A DNA stretch of 64,000 nucleotides from Candidatus Bathyarchaeia archaeon. Its GTDB lineage: Archaea > Thermoproteota > Bathyarchaeia > Bathyarchaeales > Bathycorpusculaceae. The notes beneath the pieces were generated by a model. The model was given only the letters and a program-made list of their open reading frames with translations, did not search any database and was not told the DNA's origin. The stretch is taken from assembly GCA_050010755.1 (NCBI GenBank), contig JBEKKK010000002.1, positions 96,001 to 160,000 of the forward strand, in the 5' to 3' direction. The position numbers were made by a program, and so were the translations under genes. Below are positions 1-9,104 of this stretch, piece after piece; within the stretch, counting starts at the first letter, position 1; every line of letters begins with the position of its first letter.

Positions 1-745
1 GAACGCCATGTTGGAAAGAATCGAAAACACGACTACGAAACTCACGAGAGCAGAGAGATTCTCCACGATAGGAGAACTGGCGACGACGGTTGGAAACGAC
101 CTTCGCAACCCACTGCAGGGAATCCGTAACGCTACCTATTCTCTGAGAAAAGGCACCCAGCAAGTCGAACAAAGCAGACGCATGCTCGATGAGATTGAAA
201 AAAGCATAACCTACTCGGATAACATAGTGAGAAACCTAGTCGAATACTCGCAGGAGCTTCGACCAGAACTCACAAAAACCACTCCAAAAACGATTGCCAC
301 GAAAGCCCTACATTCCATTGAAATCCCAAACAGCATCCACCTAGTCGACAGGACAGAAGATGATGAAACAACAATAATCGCAGACTCAAATCTACTCTCC
401 AGAGCCTTGGCGAATCTGATTCAAAATGCAGTTGAAGCAATGCCCAAGGGCGGAAACTTGACCGTAGAGAGCACACCTTTGAACGACAAAATGGAATTCA
501 ACGTCATAGACACGGGCTGCGGATTCCCCGAAGAATTCAAGAACAAAATCGGAAACCCCTTAGTCACAAGAAAAGCAAGAGGCATGGGATTCGGACTAGC
601 AATCACCAAACGCATACTGGAAGCACACGGCGGCAGTTTACAAGCGGAAAGCACAGCAGGAAAAGGCTCAACCTTCAAAATCGTCCTCCCCTTAACGGAG
701 GAAAATGCCACAATTACACAAAACAACCACTACCATCTGCACTAA
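1..745 (+). CDS. Sensor histidine kinase C-terminal part (HisKA + HATPase_c), 5'-truncated by the window edge; H-box His replaced by Asn
   Basis: H-box-like GELATTVGNDLRNPL, N-box LANLIQNAVEA, G1 DTGCG, G2 GMGFGL and GKGSTF. The frame is open to the window start (N-A-M-L-E-R-I-E resembles a HAMP end). Confidence 0.88.
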   Translation, partial: NAMLERIENTTTKLTRAERFSTIGELATTVGNDLRNPLQGIRNATYSLRKGTQQVEQSRRMLDEIEKSITYSDNIVRNLVEYSQELRPELTKTTPKTIATKALHSIEIPNSIHLVDRTEDDETTIIADSNLLSRALANLIQNAVEAMPKGGNLTVESTPLNDKMEFNVIDTGCGFPEEFKNKIGNPLVTRKARGMGFGLAITKRILEAHGGSLQAESTAGKGSTFKIVLPLTEENATITQNNHYHLH

Positions 746-903
746 GTGTAGAAACTCCACAGCAAAAGGCAACCGCGCGCAAAAACGAACGGAGATAATG
801 CTCCCGCTATTTCAATCAGACAAATTCAATTCATAACGTTGGGAGTTGGCCGAATGCGGGGGTTAAGAATTGAGCACGTGTTTACCGGTAAAACTGCAGG
901 CAC

Positions 904-1380
904 TTAATGGTGCGCTAGAGGATACCCGTGTTGGAGATAGTGATTGATGGCTTCTTTCCAATGTGTCATCATTTCACAATAGTAATCTTCTGAGAAAGAG
1001 TCAAGGTATTGATTTCCTTTCTCCGAAAGAGACGTGACAGTGTAGGTCACGCGAGCCTTGGTGTGACTCGTACCATAAGGTTCACATTTGACTTCAATAA
1101 TGGTGACTTTGAAACCCGGAGTAACCGTGGTATAGGTTAGACTTGGGTTGTTCCGGTCGAATGTTGAAATAACCCAAATTGTTTCCTTTCCGTCCATGCC
1201 TCTGGTCTCAAACACCGTGCCCTGACGAATACCTGACGGAGGGAAAATAATCGAGGGATTCCAATCCTCAGACCACTTCTTCTCACCTATCGGATCAAAC
1301 AGCCCAAAAACATCAACAATTCCACCGTTTAAGGAAAGCACATGACTTCGAGTAACTTGTCGAGCCACAAAATCATTCAT
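904..1380 (-). CDS. SRPBCC/START-like (polyketide cyclase fold) protein
   Basis: VFGLFDPIGEKKWSEDW near the N-terminus and C-terminal helix HWKEAINHYL fit this fold. ATG at 1380 preferred. Confidence 0.65.
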   Translation of the reverse strand: MNDFVARQVTRSHVLSLNGGIVDVFGLFDPIGEKKWSEDWNPSIIFPPSGIRQGTVFETRGMDGKETIWVISTFDRNNPSLTYTTVTPGFKVTIIEVKCEPYGTSHTKARVTYTVTSLSEKGNQYLDSFSEDYYCEMMTHWKEAINHYLQHGYPLAHH

Positions 1381-1654
1381 AAAGAACCCCAATTACGTCT
1401 GATCGCGCACCCCTTAAGTTTTTTCCCGCAGACACCGTAAACTCACTTGTCATGATTCCTTAAAATTTCTAGGACTGTTTTCAGTTTGATTTCCGATCCT
1501 TCCTTGTCCTGGGCTCATGCTACTTCTTCATCGGCTCCACTGCCAAAACTGAACGCTGCCACACCTCATTTCTTCTTTCCCATTCGGTGAAGGTGGACTT
1601 GTTTTTATTAATGTCGAGCCGGACGCGCCAGATTCTGAGCGCGCGTGTGTTTCT

Positions 1655-1732
1655 CTATCTTCTCTTCTGTTTTTTTCCGCCGCGGGCCCTTCTCGTTTGA
1701 TGCCCTTTCTGTCTGTCGATTGCTTTCCCCAT
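1655..1732 (-). CDS. 25-aa highly basic microprotein MGKAIDRQKGHQTRRARGGKKQKRR (not in the ORF track)
   Basis: Hand translation. GAGG SD 8 nt before the ATG, which lies 13 nt after the upstream stop at 1746. A CGCGC-CAGA/CTGA-GCGCG hairpin follows. Confidence 0.55.
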   Translation of the reverse strand: MGKAIDRQKGHQTRRARGGKKQKRR

Positions 1733-1745
1733 GGGTTTACCTCTC

Positions 1746-2000
1746 TTACTCGTCTCGGTCACCCCCGCCAGCATGGCATACGACCGTTAATTCTGTTCCT
1801 TTCGAATGTTTCTCCATCCAGCCCAGCGCATAGGCTTCTGCCTTCGATGCGGTCGCATATGCTGGTGAGATGGTTTCTCCTTTATCATCAATTCTTACCG
1901 GGGGGAACAGCAGCACAACATAGGTGGAGCTGAACTCTTTCTTTGAGACGACCAGATTCTGCCCTGTGGTCTCATTCAAGAATCCACGCTGCCGATCCAT
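1746..2000 (-). CDS. Small hypothetical protein (~84 aa)
   Basis: Directly downstream of the OB-fold gene; GGAG SD before ATG 2000. Confidence 0.55.
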   Translation of the reverse strand: MDRQRGFLNETTGQNLVVSKKEFSSTYVVLLFPPVRIDDKGETISPAYATASKAEAYALGWMEKHSKGTELTVVCHAGGGDRDE

Positions 2001-2031
2001 TTTTCTCCAGCCCCTCATTATCTTCAAAAGA

Positions 2032-2715
2032 TTATCCCTCCAAAGCTCCTCTCGGTCTGTTCGACTCTGAGACGATGATGGCTTTCTCTTCGCAGCTTGG
2101 CTCAGTGATGTTGCTTATATTGCTGACCGAGCCGGTTCTTCCAATATTTAATTGTCTTTGGCCTTTGAACGTGGAAGTCCGTGCATTCTGTATCTGAATG
2201 TCGTCTCCGACGGAAATACAGCGTATCTGCTCGTTCCACAGGCACAGTTTGATTGTTCCGGTCTCATCTGCTATCAAAGCGTTTGCTACGCTCGCGGAGT
2301 TTCCGTACCGCGTGCAAACCACGTTAGTCTTTGAAATCTCCAAAACCCTGGCCTTCAAATGAATTCGTGTCATGCCGCTCTGCAAATCTCCGATTGCAAA
2401 ATCCAATGAGCGTCTAGCCTTCTTGGCCAAGTATCTGCATATGCTGTCAGTCTGCATATAGTCTCTGATAGGGTGGCCCTTCTCCAGCAGGAATTCTTTG
2501 GTTATTGAAAACTGTGCCACGACTTTGGAATTCGCAAGAATCATAAACATGACCGTATCGTGTGTTTCACCCCGACGCTCAATCGAAAGCTCTCCGCAAG
2601 TAGACTTCTTCCTTTCTCCTGCCAGGTTAAACGCGTTGAAGAACTCATCCGGGTCGACCTCGTATTTCGCCGAAAGAAAAGCGAGATACTCGCTAGTTGA
2701 AGTTTTCTTTTTCAA
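2032..2715 (-). CDS. OB-fold ssDNA/RNA-binding protein (RPA/SSB-like) with an uncharacterised ~105-aa N-terminal domain, paralog 1
   Basis: IGDLQSGM..IHLKARVLE..VANALIADETGTIKLCLWNEQ..GDDIQIQNA..FKGQRQLNIGRTG is an archaeal SSB/RPA OB signature. Confidence 0.85.
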   Translation of the reverse strand: MKKKTSTSEYLAFLSAKYEVDPDEFFNAFNLAGERKKSTCGELSIERRGETHDTVMFMILANSKVVAQFSITKEFLLEKGHPIRDYMQTDSICRYLAKKARRSLDFAIGDLQSGMTRIHLKARVLEISKTNVVCTRYGNSASVANALIADETGTIKLCLWNEQIRCISVGDDIQIQNARTSTFKGQRQLNIGRTGSVSNISNITEPSCEEKAIIVSESNRPRGALEG

Positions 2716-2789
2716 ACTTTTTCACCATTTTTTCCAAATTTTACATATTTAGGGAAATGCGAACTAATTTCGAAAGCTTCCTGGGTCAG

Positions 2790-3095
2790 CTACATCGTGA
2801 GGTAACCTTTGAGTCTCAACTGTTCAGTCTGATTCTTTCTGTATCGCCAAAATATATCGCCTCGCGTGTCAGATTGGAAATCCCAGGGTGACACTAACAC
2901 GATATCTCCATCTCGGATCCATACACGCCTCTTCAGTTTGCCTCGGACCCTGCACAATCGATCCTTACCATCCTGGCACTTGACCATGATCCGGTCAAAA
3001 CCAAGCATTTTGACTGCCATTCCAAGAACATCATCCTTGCCCGGATACAGCATGTTTTCCAAGTTTTCTTCGTTTATCACTTTTCTCTTACCCAC
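2790..3095 (-). CDS. eif1a: Translation initiation factor aIF-1A
   Basis: KMLG..VKCQDGKDRLCRVRGKLKRRVWIRDGDIVLVSPWDFQ..RGDIFWRY; GGAGGTG SD. Confidence 0.95.
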   Translation of the reverse strand: MGKRKVINEENLENMLYPGKDDVLGMAVKMLGFDRIMVKCQDGKDRLCRVRGKLKRRVWIRDGDIVLVSPWDFQSDTRGDIFWRYRKNQTEQLRLKGYLTM

Positions 3096-3366
3096 TCTTG
3101 CACCTCCAAAACCATGATAACATGGCTGATTAATGGTTTTGACTAGTCAGAACGATCAGAGAAAAAGCACACTGCGTTGCTGAACTCTTCCTCTAGAGAA
3201 TCCTAACTATTAAAAGATGTGTAACCAAGTATATAGGTGTATGTGAGTGAAGATTCAGGAACGCGACGTATGACTCAACACCGCGCTCATGCCAAGGACT
3301 GTTTTAAGTCCTCTGGCCTTTATTGCTGACGCGATCAGAATTATTCTTCGCATCAGAGTGTCGCAT

Positions 3367-3606
3367 TTACAGTTTGTAGACGTTCACGGGTTCCTGCTCT
3401 TTTCTTCCCTTCCAATCGTCTCCTCGCCGTGCCCATGCCTGTTTCGTATCGAAACTGAAATCCAAGCTCTTGGTTTCTGATCGATTGAGATTGTGCTTCG
3501 AGAAGCAGGTCCTGCAGTAAACTGGTTTGCCTTGTGTAGGCTTAAACGGTACAGTTGTGGCTTTGCCGCATTCTGTACATACGGTTTCGAACATTTTTCT
3601 TTCCAA
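3367..3606 (-). CDS. CxxC-x17-CxxC zinc-ribbon protein
   Basis: MFETVCTECGKATTVPFKPTQGKPVYCRTCF; GAGGTGA SD. Confidence 0.9.
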   Translation of the reverse strand: MERKMFETVCTECGKATTVPFKPTQGKPVYCRTCFSKHNLNRSETKSLDFSFDTKQAWARRGDDWKGRKEQEPVNVYKL

Positions 3607-3687
3607 GGTTCAAATCACCTCTATTGTGTTAATGTATTTTGAAATGAAAGGGATGAAAACGATGCTAAGCAAATTTCTTGATTTAAC

Positions 3688-3828
3688 TTAGAATCCTCTT
3701 CTTGGCGGTCCACGTTTCGAATAGCACTCTCGACAGTAAACAGGTCTGCTTGGGTCAGGTTTGAAAGGTACTTCACAATCTTTTCCACAATCAGCACAGA
3801 CTGCCTTATGCATTTCTTTCTCGTACAA
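3688..3828 (-). CDS. Second CxxC-x17-CxxC zinc-ribbon protein, 46 aa (not in the ORF track)
   Basis: Hand translation: MYEKEMHKAVCADCGKDCEVPFKPDPSRPVYCRECYSKRGPPRRGF. TTG start with GGAG SD. Confidence 0.92.
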   Translation of the reverse strand: MYEKEMHKAVCADCGKDCEVPFKPDPSRPVYCRECYSKRGPPRRGF

Positions 3829-3913
3829 TGACTATTTCAACTCCTATAATGCTGCTGTGCAAAAAGTGCGCTCTAATCTCTTCTTACACGCTGCATTAGA
3901 GTTGGCGCCGAGG

Positions 3914-3922
3914 CTTATAAAT
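3914..3922 (-). promoter_or_regulatory. Probable archaeal TATA box for the zinc-ribbon genes
   Basis: ATTTATAAG on the minus strand, ~90 nt upstream of the 3828 start. Confidence 0.5.
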
Positions 3923-4160
3923 AGAGCACTCTCAAACTGAGAAGCAGCACATGTCTAAGAGCAAGATTTCAGCGCCCCACAGTGCATCAGAAGGTTTTTG
4001 CAATGGTGCAAGTTTAGGCCTCAGTCGTCTTGAACTTGTGGGATTTGCTGTCTTACCCTTATAAGGTCCGCTAGCAGTATATACAAAAGGGAAGGCACGC
4101 CTTCGGGTCACTGCAATTCTTTGCTTTTGCCTAGAAATGGCTTGTTTTGCCTAAGAGGTC

Positions 4161-4466
4161 ATGAACATGTCAAGAATCAATAGATTTTCAGATGGGAATC
4201 GTTCCAAATTGGAAATAATGGCGAAGATTTTGAGAGAGGTAAAGAAACCAACTGGAATTACGAGTATTCTGATGAGTTGCAATATGAGCTTTAAACAGTC
4301 TGGATACTACTTGGACCTTATGAAGTCAAGCGATCTCATCCAGATGAATTCAACTGATGGGAGAGCGAGATACCGCACGACGGAAACTGGGCAAGAGTTT
4401 CTGGAGGCTTATGACAAGATGATTCTCATGTTAGAGCCCAGCGTTTTCGAACACGTCCTGATGTGA
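4161..4466 (+). CDS. Winged helix-turn-helix transcription regulator (archaeal HTH_45-like)
   Basis: RSKLEIMAKIL..TSILMSCNMSF..YLDLM..YRTTETGQEFL. Confidence 0.85.
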   Translation: MNMSRINRFSDGNRSKLEIMAKILREVKKPTGITSILMSCNMSFKQSGYYLDLMKSSDLIQMNSTDGRARYRTTETGQEFLEAYDKMILMLEPSVFEHVLM

Positions 4467-4508
4467 CAAGCAGCATATGCAGGAGAAACAAGCCGGAAGT
4501 TGGTCATT

Positions 4509-4745
4509 ATGATGGCAGAAAACAAATTCTCCGCAGCAGAGTTTGATGATGCAGACGAGCCAAGGGAGTCCGATTGCATCATACCCGCAGAAAATTGGGA
4601 TACGATGCTCTGGAGAGAAGCATGTTTCGAAGGCAGGAAAAGAAGGCCGCAAGACAGATGGAGAAAGAAACACAGTAGAGGAAAGCGAAAACCTCGAGAA
4701 CTTTTCTTCTTGAAAGGTTCACAAGTAAGAGGTTGCTGCGCATAG
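4509..4745 (+). CDS. Small hypothetical protein, acidic N-terminal half and Arg/Lys-rich C-terminal half
   Basis: ORF co-oriented with the wHTH gene; no recognisable motif. Confidence 0.45.
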   Translation: MMAENKFSAAEFDDADEPRESDCIIPAENWDTMLWREACFEGRKRRPQDRWRKKHSRGKRKPRELFFLKGSQVRGCCA

Positions 4746-4792
4746 ATTATAATATCTGTTCACCATTGATATGCACAAGAGGATGATTTGGT

Positions 4793-4933
4793 ATGAAAAG
4801 GGCAAACAAGAAGCAGGCAAGAACGAAACGGTTCATTAGAAGAATGAAAAGTCATGCAAAATGGAAGCATGGAAGAAGCAACGCGGAAAAAATCAGAAGG
4901 AAAGAAGCCGTACTCAACCTGAAGACCCAGTAA
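4793..4933 (+). CDS. 46-aa basic microprotein MKRANKKQARTKRFIRRMKSHAKWKHGRSNAEKIRRKEAVLNLKTQ (not in the ORF track)
   Basis: Hand translation. GAGGATGA SD-like sequence upstream; T-rich tract just after the stop. Confidence 0.6.
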   Translation: MKRANKKQARTKRFIRRMKSHAKWKHGRSNAEKIRRKEAVLNLKTQ

Positions 4934-4978
4934 CCCCTGTTTATTTTTCGTAGGCTAGCGCGCGCCACTGCAGCAAGC

Positions 4979-7555
4979 TCATGCCCTTTTAGGTTCTTTT
5001 AGGACGGTTTGTTCCAGTAAGTAGGCATATTTCTTAGTGAACCATTTCTTGACAACTTCAACGAGAAGCAGATAGGCGACGATTAGCCCTGCTAGGGCTG
5101 GATAGAACGTCACAGGCGGCGGCGAGAACTTAAATATGGCGCCGAAGGGCCAGTAGGGCAAGACAAAGGCGACTCCCACAACTATTAAGCTGCTCGCCAA
5201 CAGCCATTTTCCAGGCTTGCTCTTGTAGAAGGGTGTTTTTCTGGTTCTCAGAACAAAAACTACCAGAGTTTGCGTTGACAAGGATTCGATGAACCAGGCT
5301 GCTTGGAAAGATGGAACTGCCGCTTTGAACACTACCAACATCAGGAAAAAGGTTAGGAAATCGAAGATAGAGCTTACCGGTCCGAGTATAAGCATGAACC
5401 TTCTAATGTAGGAGATGTCCAGTTTCTTCGGCTTCTGAATGTACTCTTCGTCCACATTGTCCGTCGGAATCGTGGCTTCTGACAAGTCGTACATGAGGTT
5501 GTTCAAGAGTATCTGAATGGCCGTCATTGGAAGGAAATTAAGGAACAGGGAAGCTCCCGCGACGCTGAACATCGTGCCGAAGTTCGAGCTGACCCCCATC
5601 ATGATATACTTCATCGTGTTCCCGAACGTTTTCCGGCCCTCCAACACGCCCTGATCAAGCACAGTCAAATCAGGCTTTAACAATATCAGATCTGCAGATT
5701 CCTTAGCAACGTCCACCGCGTTCTCCACGGAAATGCTAACGTCCGCCGTCTTCAATGAGGGCGCGTCGTTTATGCCGTCGCCCATGTACCCGACCACGTG
5801 CCCGTTCGTCCTCAAGGCTCTGATAACCCTGTCTTTCTGAGCCGGGTTCACCCTGGCAAAAATGTTGTTGTCCTCAACGACTCTGGCCAGAGCGTCGTCT
5901 TGGAGTTGAGCTATGTCGCTTCCGAGAACTATCCCTTTCACCTGAAAGCCCAGCTGCTCGCAGGTTGTTCTCGTCACCAATTCGTTGTCGCCCGTGATGA
6001 TTTTGAGCGTCACCCCGTCTCGAGCCAACAATCCGATAGATTCCTTTGCACTCTCTTTAGCAGGATCCAGAAAAGACAGGAAGCCCAGAAAAACCATGCC
6101 AGTTTCGTCGCTGATGGTATAGTGCGTTTTGTCGTCTCCGACTTTCTTGTACGAGACAGCCAAAACCCTGTAACCCTGCGCGCTCGAGTCCATATATTTC
6201 TGCTTGAACTTGTTCTGATAATCGCTTGAAAAATCGTTCAACGTCTCATCGGTTTCGCACTGGGAGCATATCTCAAGGATTTCTTCCGGGGCGCCTTTGG
6301 CAATCACGAGTCTCTGCCCCTCATACTCCACGACCACTGAGACGCGTTTTCGGATGAAGTCAAACGGGATCTCGTCGATTTTCACGATGCCCTTCACGTC
6401 GAACTCTTTATACTGCACAATGGCGTCATCCAAGGGACTCTTCAGTCCAGCTTCAAAAACACTGTTAAAGTACGCGTATAGCAACACTTTTTCGCTTTCT
6501 TTTCCCTCCACATCCGCGAACTGCGTAAGCGTGAGCTTGTTCTCTGTAAGCGTGCCCGTCTTATCCGTGCACAGAACATCCATGTTTCCGAAGTTCTGAA
6601 TGGCCGCCAACCGCTTCACGATTACGCCCTTTTTGGACATGGCCACAGCGCCTCTAGACAGGTTGATGGACATTATCATGGGCAGAAGCTCCGGCGTCAA
6701 GCCCACGGCAAGGGCCACGGCGAAAAGCAGCGAATCAAGAATAGGCCGCGAGCCCGAATAGAAATAGGCGTTAACGAAGAAAACGAAAACCACAAGGAAC
6801 AAAGTGACCTCGGTCATCAAAGCCCCAAACCTCCTGAGCCCCTTCTCAAACTCAGTCTCAGGCGCCTTTGCCACAAGCTCCTTCGCGATTTTCCCGTACT
6901 CCGTCAAGTTGCCAGTCTTCACCACGACCGCGGTTCCGGTTCCGCTAACCACCGACGTGCCTTGAAAAACATAGTTGTTCCACGCCGTAAGATCAGAAGT
7001 TTTAACCGCAAGCGGAGCGGCATTCTTTTCAACCGGAAAAGCCTCACCCGTCAACGCCGACTGGTTAAGGTTCAAGTCCTTCGAGCTGATCAGCCTGGAA
7101 TCCGCAGGAACCATGTCCCCTGCGATCAGAAACGTAATATCACCTGGAACGATTTCTGAAAACTCCACATCCTCCTTCACGCCGTCTCTGAGCACCGCCG
7201 CCTTCGAAGTAACCCTCTTCTTCAGCGCTTCTGCGGCGTTCTGAGCCTTAGTTTCCTGATAAACGTCAAGAATAATGCTGAGAAGCACGATAAAAAAAAT
7301 GATAATCGCGTCCGTTACTTCGCCGACAAATCCAGAGACTAGCCCTGCAATCAACAGGATAAGAACAAGCGGGTTTCTCAAATGGTAAAGAATCTCAACA
7401 AGCCCAGTGCGCTTCTGCTTCTTAGCCAACTCGTTAGGACCATAACTTGCGAGGCGGTTCTGAACCTCCTGCGACGAAAGCCCCGACTGAGACGTCTTCA
7501 ACTGGACCAAAACGTCATCAACGGGCAAAGACAGAAAATCCTCATTATCAGCCAT
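4979..7555 (-). CDS. mgtA: Magnesium-translocating P-type ATPase
   Basis: LTGE, LAVGLTPELLPMI, DKTGTLT, PFDFIRKR, KGAPE and GDGINDAPSL motifs. Confidence 0.93.
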   Translation of the reverse strand: MADNEDFLSLPVDDVLVQLKTSQSGLSSQEVQNRLASYGPNELAKKQKRTGLVEILYHLRNPLVLILLIAGLVSGFVGEVTDAIIIFFIVLLSIILDVYQETKAQNAAEALKKRVTSKAAVLRDGVKEDVEFSEIVPGDITFLIAGDMVPADSRLISSKDLNLNQSALTGEAFPVEKNAAPLAVKTSDLTAWNNYVFQGTSVVSGTGTAVVVKTGNLTEYGKIAKELVAKAPETEFEKGLRRFGALMTEVTLFLVVFVFFVNAYFYSGSRPILDSLLFAVALAVGLTPELLPMIMSINLSRGAVAMSKKGVIVKRLAAIQNFGNMDVLCTDKTGTLTENKLTLTQFADVEGKESEKVLLYAYFNSVFEAGLKSPLDDAIVQYKEFDVKGIVKIDEIPFDFIRKRVSVVVEYEGQRLVIAKGAPEEILEICSQCETDETLNDFSSDYQNKFKQKYMDSSAQGYRVLAVSYKKVGDDKTHYTISDETGMVFLGFLSFLDPAKESAKESIGLLARDGVTLKIITGDNELVTRTTCEQLGFQVKGIVLGSDIAQLQDDALARVVEDNNIFARVNPAQKDRVIRALRTNGHVVGYMGDGINDAPSLKTADVSISVENAVDVAKESADLILLKPDLTVLDQGVLEGRKTFGNTMKYIMMGVSSNFGTMFSVAGASLFLNFLPMTAIQILLNNLMYDLSEATIPTDNVDEEYIQKPKKLDISYIRRFMLILGPVSSIFDFLTFFLMLVVFKAAVPSFQAAWFIESLSTQTLVVFVLRTRKTPFYKSKPGKWLLASSLIVVGVAFVLPYWPFGAIFKFSPPPVTFYPALAGLIVAYLLLVEVVKKWFTKKYAYLLEQTVLKEPKRA

Positions 7556-7752
7556 CGAGTCGCCGACCCTAACCCGCGTCAAACTGATGAGCACAGCCTA
7601 AGCTTATTAAATTTTAAACAAAGCCCGATTGGCGCGGGTGGCCGCCCATTTGAAAATCCTGATCACCATTGCTAGCGCGCTCGCGCGCCGTCTCAATGAT
7701 TCTAAGGCTCGAAGAATACGTATGAATAGTAGAAGCTCGTACAATTAACGCC

Positions 7753-8445
7753 ATGTCAACCCGCACAAGAAACGATGACAGTTGTTACAATAGCATCCTC
7801 AAACAGCTGAGGTCGATGTCCAACCCTGAAAACGTCAAAGGAATGGCAAGATACGGCATAAGCTCCGAGAACACCCTCGGTGTGTCGATTCCAGCGCTCA
7901 GGAAGATAGCCAAGGAAAGTGGAAAGAATCACGAACTCGCCCAGCAACTATGGAAGTCAGGCATCCACGAAGCGAGACTTCTGGCAGCATTCACAGACGA
8001 ACCCTCAAAAGTCAAAGAAGAACAGATGGACTCATGGGTCAAAGAATTCGACTCATGGGACATCTGCGACCAAGTCTGCTCCAACCTGTTCGACAAGACG
8101 CCCTACGCCTACGCAAAAGCCTCCGAATGGAGCTCCGAAAAAGGCGAGTTCGTCAAAAGAGCAGGCTTCGTGCTGATGGCCGCCCTTGTCGTCCACGACA
8201 AACAGGCGACCGATGAAAAACTGGAAAAATTCCTCCCCACAATAAAGCGAGAAGCAACAGACGAGAGGAACTTTGTGAGGAAGGCCGTCAACTGGGCCCT
8301 CAGACAAATAGGAAAAAAGAACACATACCTGCAGAAAGAAGCCCTGAAAACAGCCAGAGAAATACTCCAGCTTGACTCAAAAAGTGCCCGATGGATAGCA
8401 AACGACGCCATCAGAGAACTAGAAAGCAAACAACTCAAAAAATAG
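7753..8445 (+). CDS. alkD: AlkD-family DNA alkylation repair protein (HEAT-like repeats)
   Basis: LWKSGIHEARLLA, FDSWDICDQVC, DERNFVRKAVNWALRQIGK. Confidence 0.88.
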   Translation: MSTRTRNDDSCYNSILKQLRSMSNPENVKGMARYGISSENTLGVSIPALRKIAKESGKNHELAQQLWKSGIHEARLLAAFTDEPSKVKEEQMDSWVKEFDSWDICDQVCSNLFDKTPYAYAKASEWSSEKGEFVKRAGFVLMAALVVHDKQATDEKLEKFLPTIKREATDERNFVRKAVNWALRQIGKKNTYLQKEALKTAREILQLDSKSARWIANDAIRELESKQLKK

Positions 8446-8501
8446 CCTCGAACTCCAAAGGCACCAAAGCTCAGGCGACGCCGGCATCATGAACTAGTAG
8501 A

Positions 8502-9104
8502 TCATGCTGCTTCTGCCATTTTCAGAAAGTATTGGTGCACTCGGAGGTCGTCGGCCAATTCTGGATGAAAAGTCAAAGCCAACACGTTTCCCTTCTTTGC
8601 CCCGATAATGGTGTCCTTGTATTCGGCCCAGACCTTAGTGGTGTTCCAGACTTTTTCTATCGTTGGCGCCCTTATGAACACGGCTTTGAACGGTTTGCCT
8701 CCAATCTCAGGAATCTCCACGTAAGCCTCGAAGGAGTCCACTTGCCTGCCGTAAGCGTTCCTCAGAATTTTCGTGTCCAGCAGGCCCAACAGGCTTGTGT
8801 TCGTCTGTTTGACCTGTTCGTCCCCTTCCTTGGCCAACAAGATCGTGCCCGCGCACGTTCCCAGGATTGGCAGTCCTTTCCTCGCAAGTTCAACGATTTT
8901 CTTTTCCATTCCCGTGCTCAGCATGAGTCTGCCAATAGTTGTCGATTCGCCGCCAGGTATCACGAGGCCCGAAACATCGTTGAGATCTCGCAAGCTTCTC
9001 GCATACGCAACGGTGCCGTCGATTTTCGATTTTTTCATCGCTTTTCTTAGAACTTCAACGTGTTCAGAAACAGCGCCCTGTACGGCTAAGACTCCAACCT
9101 TCAA
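8502..9104 (-). CDS. pdxT: PLP synthase glutaminase subunit
   Basis: [45 protein letters not shown]. Confidence 0.97.
   Translation of the reverse strand: MKVGVLAVQGAVSEHVEVLRKAMKKSKIDGTVAYARSLRDLNDVSGLVIPGGESTTIGRLMLSTGMEKKIVELARKGLPILGTCAGTILLAKEGDEQVKQTNTSLLGLLDTKILRNAYGRQVDSFEAYVEIPEIGGKPFKAVFIRAPTIEKVWNTTKVWAEYKDTIIGAKKGNVLALTFHPELADDLRVHQYFLKMAEAA

Noticed and set aside
1450-1585. Minus-strand mini-ORF MGKKK and a following TGA-interrupted frame
   Set aside because: Too short, with no recognisable homology or convincing start context.
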